Part shown: positions 61,445 to 64,000 of the stretch, one piece after another
How the letters are laid out: the number at the start of each line of letters is the position of its first letter
How positions within the stretch are numbered: position 1 is the first letter of the stretch
NCBI RefSeq assembly: GCF_035512415.1
Contig: NZ_DATKDZ010000022.1
Span: forward strand, 12,003 to 76,002
DNA length: 64,000 bases
DNA from: Pseudomonas sp.
GTDB taxonomy: Bacteria > Pseudomonadota > Gammaproteobacteria > Pseudomonadales > Pseudomonadaceae
Direction of reading: 5' to 3'
The notes under the pieces: model-generated
Seen by the model: the letters and a program-made list of their open reading frames with translations, nothing else
Told to the model about the DNA's origin: nothing
Database searches by the model: none
Position numbers and translations under genes: made by a program

Positions 61445-61485
61445 GTCAACTGTCAGGAGCCCGATCAAGGCAAACGACAGTTGAC
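61445..61485 (+). other. Perfect 10-bp inverted repeat GTCAACTGTC-21 nt-GACAGTTGAC in the infA 3' region
   Basis: Read directly; located 9 nt after the infA stop and upstream of the real terminator. Confidence 0.5.
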
Positions 61486-61510
61486 GGCAAGTTAACCCAG
61501 GCTGCAAATG

Positions 61511-61540
61511 AAAACGCCCGGCATTGCCGGGCGTTTTTGT
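61511..61540. terminator. Bidirectional terminator AAAACGCCCGGC-ATT-GCCGGGCGTTTTT between infA and clpA
   Basis: GC stem flanked by A- and T-tracts between convergent genes. Confidence 0.9.
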
Positions 61541-61556
61541 TGCTTAGTGATGTGGA

Positions 61557-63827
61557 TCAGGCCATTTCCGCCGTGGTTTCAAAGTCGAAGGTCAGCTCAC
61601 CATCGCTGATATCGACATGCACCACGCCACCATGCTCGGACAACTCGCCGAACAGAATCTCCTCCGCCAGCGGACGCTTGATCTTGTCCTGAATCAGGCG
61701 CGCCATCGGCCGAGCCCCCATCTGTACGTCGTAGCCCTGCTCCGCCAACCAGTTACGCGCCGCATCGCTGACCTCGAGCATGACCCGCTTGTCCTCCAGC
61801 TGCGCCTGCAGCTCGGTGAGGAACTTGTCGACGATGCTCTTGATCACCTCGTGGCTCAGGCGGCCGAACTGGATAATGGTGTCCAGACGGTTACGGAACT
61901 CCGGCGTGAAGCTCTTCTTGATCACTTCCATGGCATCGGATGAGTGATCCTGGTGAGTGAAACCAATAGAAGCCCGCGCAGCCGTCTCGGCACCCGCGTT
62001 GGTGGTCATGATCACGATCACATTGCGGAAATCCGCCTTGCGCCCGTTGTTGTCGGTCAGGGTGCCGTGGTCCATCACCTGCAGCAGCAGGTTGAAGACT
62101 TCCGGGTGAGCCTTCTCGATTTCATCGAGCAGCAATACGCAGTGCGGTGTTTTGGTGATGGCCTCAGTTAGTAGACCGCCCTGATCAAAGCCGACATAGC
62201 CCGGCGGTGCACCGATCAGGCGCGAAACCGTGTGACGCTCCATGTACTCGGACATGTCGAAACGAACCAGCTCAACCCCCATGGCCTTGGCCAGCTGGCG
62301 AGCAGCTTCAGTTTTACCAACACCCGTAGGGCCGGCAAAGAGGAAGGAGCCTACAGGCTTGTCAGGTGCCTTGAGCCCTGCACGCGACAGCTTGATCGCG
62401 GTCGACAGCGAGTCAATCGCAGCGTCCTGGCCAAACACCGTGAGCTTCAGGTCACGCTCAAGGTTGCGCAGTAGTTCTTTATCCGAGCTGCTGACATGTT
62501 TTGGCGGAATACGGGCAATTTTCGCCACGATATCCTCGACCTGCGCCACATCAATGCGCGCCAGGCGTTTTTCCACCGGCTGCAGGCGCTGATAGGCACC
62601 CGCTTCATCGATCACGTCGATGGCCTTGTCCGGCATATGCCGGTCATTGATATAACGCGAGGCCAGCTCGGCCGCTGCACGCAGCGCCTCATCGCTGTAC
62701 TCGATGCTGTGATGCTGCTCGAAGCGCCCCTTGAGGCCTCGCAGAATGCCGATGGTGTCTTCCACCGACGGCTCGACCACATCGACCTTCTGGAAGCGCC
62801 GCGCCAGGGCGCGATCCTTCTCAAAAATGCCACGAAACTCCTGGAAGGTGGTGGAGCCTATGCAGCGAATCTCACCCGAGGAGAGCATCGGCTTAAGCAG
62901 ATTGGAGGCGTCCATCACCCCGCCGGATGCCGCGCCGGCCCCGATGATGGTGTGGATCTCGTCGATAAACAGAATGGCGTGCGGCCGCTTGCGCAGCTCG
63001 TTGAGCAACGCCTTGAGGCGCTTCTCGAAGTCGCCGCGGTATTTGGTGCCCGCCAGCAACGCCCCCAGATCCAGGGAGTAGACCACGCTGTCAGCCAGCA
63101 GGTCGGGCACCTGGTTGTCGACGATACGCTTGGCCAGGCCTTCGGCAATCGCGGTTTTACCCACGCCGGCCTCGCCGACCAGCAGCGGGTTGTTCTTGCG
63201 CCGGCGCGCGAGGATCTGCGCAACCCGCTCGACTTCCAGCTCGCGGCCGACCAGTGGGTCGATGCGCCCCTGCCGAGCCAGTTCATTAAGGTTGCTGGCA
63301 TAGGCGTCCAGCGGATTGCTGGAGCCGGAGGGTTCACCACCCTCTTCGTCCTGCATTTCCTGCTCAGCTTCGGAATGGCCACCATGGCCCGGCACCTTGG
63401 AGATGCCATGGGCGATAAAGTTGACCACATCAATCCGCGCGACGCTCTGCTGCTTGAGCAGGAACACCGCCTGGCTTTCCTGTTCGCTGAAGATGGCCAC
63501 CAGCACGTTGGCTCCGGTCACTTCACGCTTGCCCGAGCTTTGCACGTGGAATACCGCGCGCTGCAATACCCGCTGAAAACCCAGGGTTGGCTGAGTTTCG
63601 CGCTCTTCATCGTGCTGAGGAATCAGTGGTGTGGTGGAGTCGATAAATTCTTGCAGGTCATGCCGCAATTTATCCAGATTGGCACCGCAGGCGCGCAACA
63701 CGCTTGCCGCGGCTTCATTATCCAGAAGCGCCAGCAGGAGGTGCTCAACCGTCATGAATTCATGACGCTTGGTGCGAGCCTCCTTGAAAGCCAGATTGAG
63801 GGTGACTTCGAGCTCTCGATTTAACAT
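61557..63827 (-). CDS. clpA: ATP-dependent Clp protease ATP-binding subunit ClpA
   Basis: Clp N-domain repeat, two AAA+ modules (Walker [10 protein letters not shown] and GPTGVGKTE); 756 aa. Confidence 0.96.
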   Translation of the reverse strand: MLNRELEVTLNLAFKEARTKRHEFMTVEHLLLALLDNEAAASVLRACGANLDKLRHDLQEFIDSTTPLIPQHDEERETQPTLGFQRVLQRAVFHVQSSGKREVTGANVLVAIFSEQESQAVFLLKQQSVARIDVVNFIAHGISKVPGHGGHSEAEQEMQDEEGGEPSGSSNPLDAYASNLNELARQGRIDPLVGRELEVERVAQILARRRKNNPLLVGEAGVGKTAIAEGLAKRIVDNQVPDLLADSVVYSLDLGALLAGTKYRGDFEKRLKALLNELRKRPHAILFIDEIHTIIGAGAASGGVMDASNLLKPMLSSGEIRCIGSTTFQEFRGIFEKDRALARRFQKVDVVEPSVEDTIGILRGLKGRFEQHHSIEYSDEALRAAAELASRYINDRHMPDKAIDVIDEAGAYQRLQPVEKRLARIDVAQVEDIVAKIARIPPKHVSSSDKELLRNLERDLKLTVFGQDAAIDSLSTAIKLSRAGLKAPDKPVGSFLFAGPTGVGKTEAARQLAKAMGVELVRFDMSEYMERHTVSRLIGAPPGYVGFDQGGLLTEAITKTPHCVLLLDEIEKAHPEVFNLLLQVMDHGTLTDNNGRKADFRNVIVIMTTNAGAETAARASIGFTHQDHSSDAMEVIKKSFTPEFRNRLDTIIQFGRLSHEVIKSIVDKFLTELQAQLEDKRVMLEVSDAARNWLAEQGYDVQMGARPMARLIQDKIKRPLAEEILFGELSEHGGVVHVDISDGELTFDFETTAEMA

Positions 63828-63856
63828 AGCTTCACCTCATGCCCAAGCGGCCGGCG

Positions 63857-64000
63857 TTAACCGTCCTTCTCTATTTCACAGAGTAGCGGATGCTGGCTCT
63901 CTCTCGCATATTGATTCACCTGCGTAGCCTTGGTTTCAGCAATATCGCGGGTAAACACTCCACACACTGCTCGTCCTTCGGTATGAACGGTCAGCATGAG
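63857..64000 (-). CDS. clpS: ClpS adaptor protein (5' end outside window)
   Basis: My reverse translation gives ...[47 protein letters not shown]-stop, the ClpS C-terminal pattern. The stop lies 29 nt upstream of the clpA start. Confidence 0.85.
   Translation of the reverse strand, partial: LMLTVHTEGRAVCGVFTRDIAETKATQVNQYARESQHPLLCEIEKDG

Overview
GC-rich gammaproteobacterial chromosome. Gene content and order are typical of a Pseudomonas core region. I annotate about 59 protein genes, many with starts refined from the ORF track, plus 3 tRNAs. Left to right the window contains: azoR/LysR; an alpha/beta hydrolase; uppP; an sCache-type chemoreceptor with a tightly coupled unknown gene; cysI plus DUF934; TetR-yhdH/acuI-sohB; a histidine-phosphatase / SCP2 / APH-like kinase / SDR cluster; a TauE-family exporter; nudC-fimL-enoyl-CoA hydratase; ldcA; dnaQ-rnhA-methyltransferase/gloB-mltD (E. 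coli-like synteny); an HDOD-GAF protein; a YejABEF-like ABC importer with two tandem binding proteins; fabI; ppiD-hupB-lon-clpX-clpP-tig; tRNA-Arg/His/Leu; folD; tusDCB-tusE; a TrpD2/YbiB-like gene; yqjG; cysG; serS; crcB-rarA-lolA-ftsK; and trxB-aat-bpt-infA/clpA-clpS. I see no integrase, transposase, phage gene, CRISPR array, toxin-antitoxin pair or compositionally foreign island. I cannot honestly point to a clear novel multi-gene system; this reads as an ordinary housekeeping region. The observations most worth a second look are listed here in order. (1) A structured 65-70 nt extragenic repeat family is present four times, always just 3' of intrinsic terminators, with flanking direct repeats and compensatory stem changes. 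(2) A conserved-looking kinase/phosphatase/SCP2/SDR lipid-type module has no assigned pathway. (3) An unknown 207-aa gene starts 8 nt after a chemoreceptor. (4) A 37-codon membrane-peptide ORF is missing from the ORF track. (5) Several leader and spacer RNA structures, including the ldcA leader, the hupB-ppiD spacer and a terminator-like hairpin inside the tRNA cluster. The many long ORFs antisense to real genes are GC-rich artefacts.
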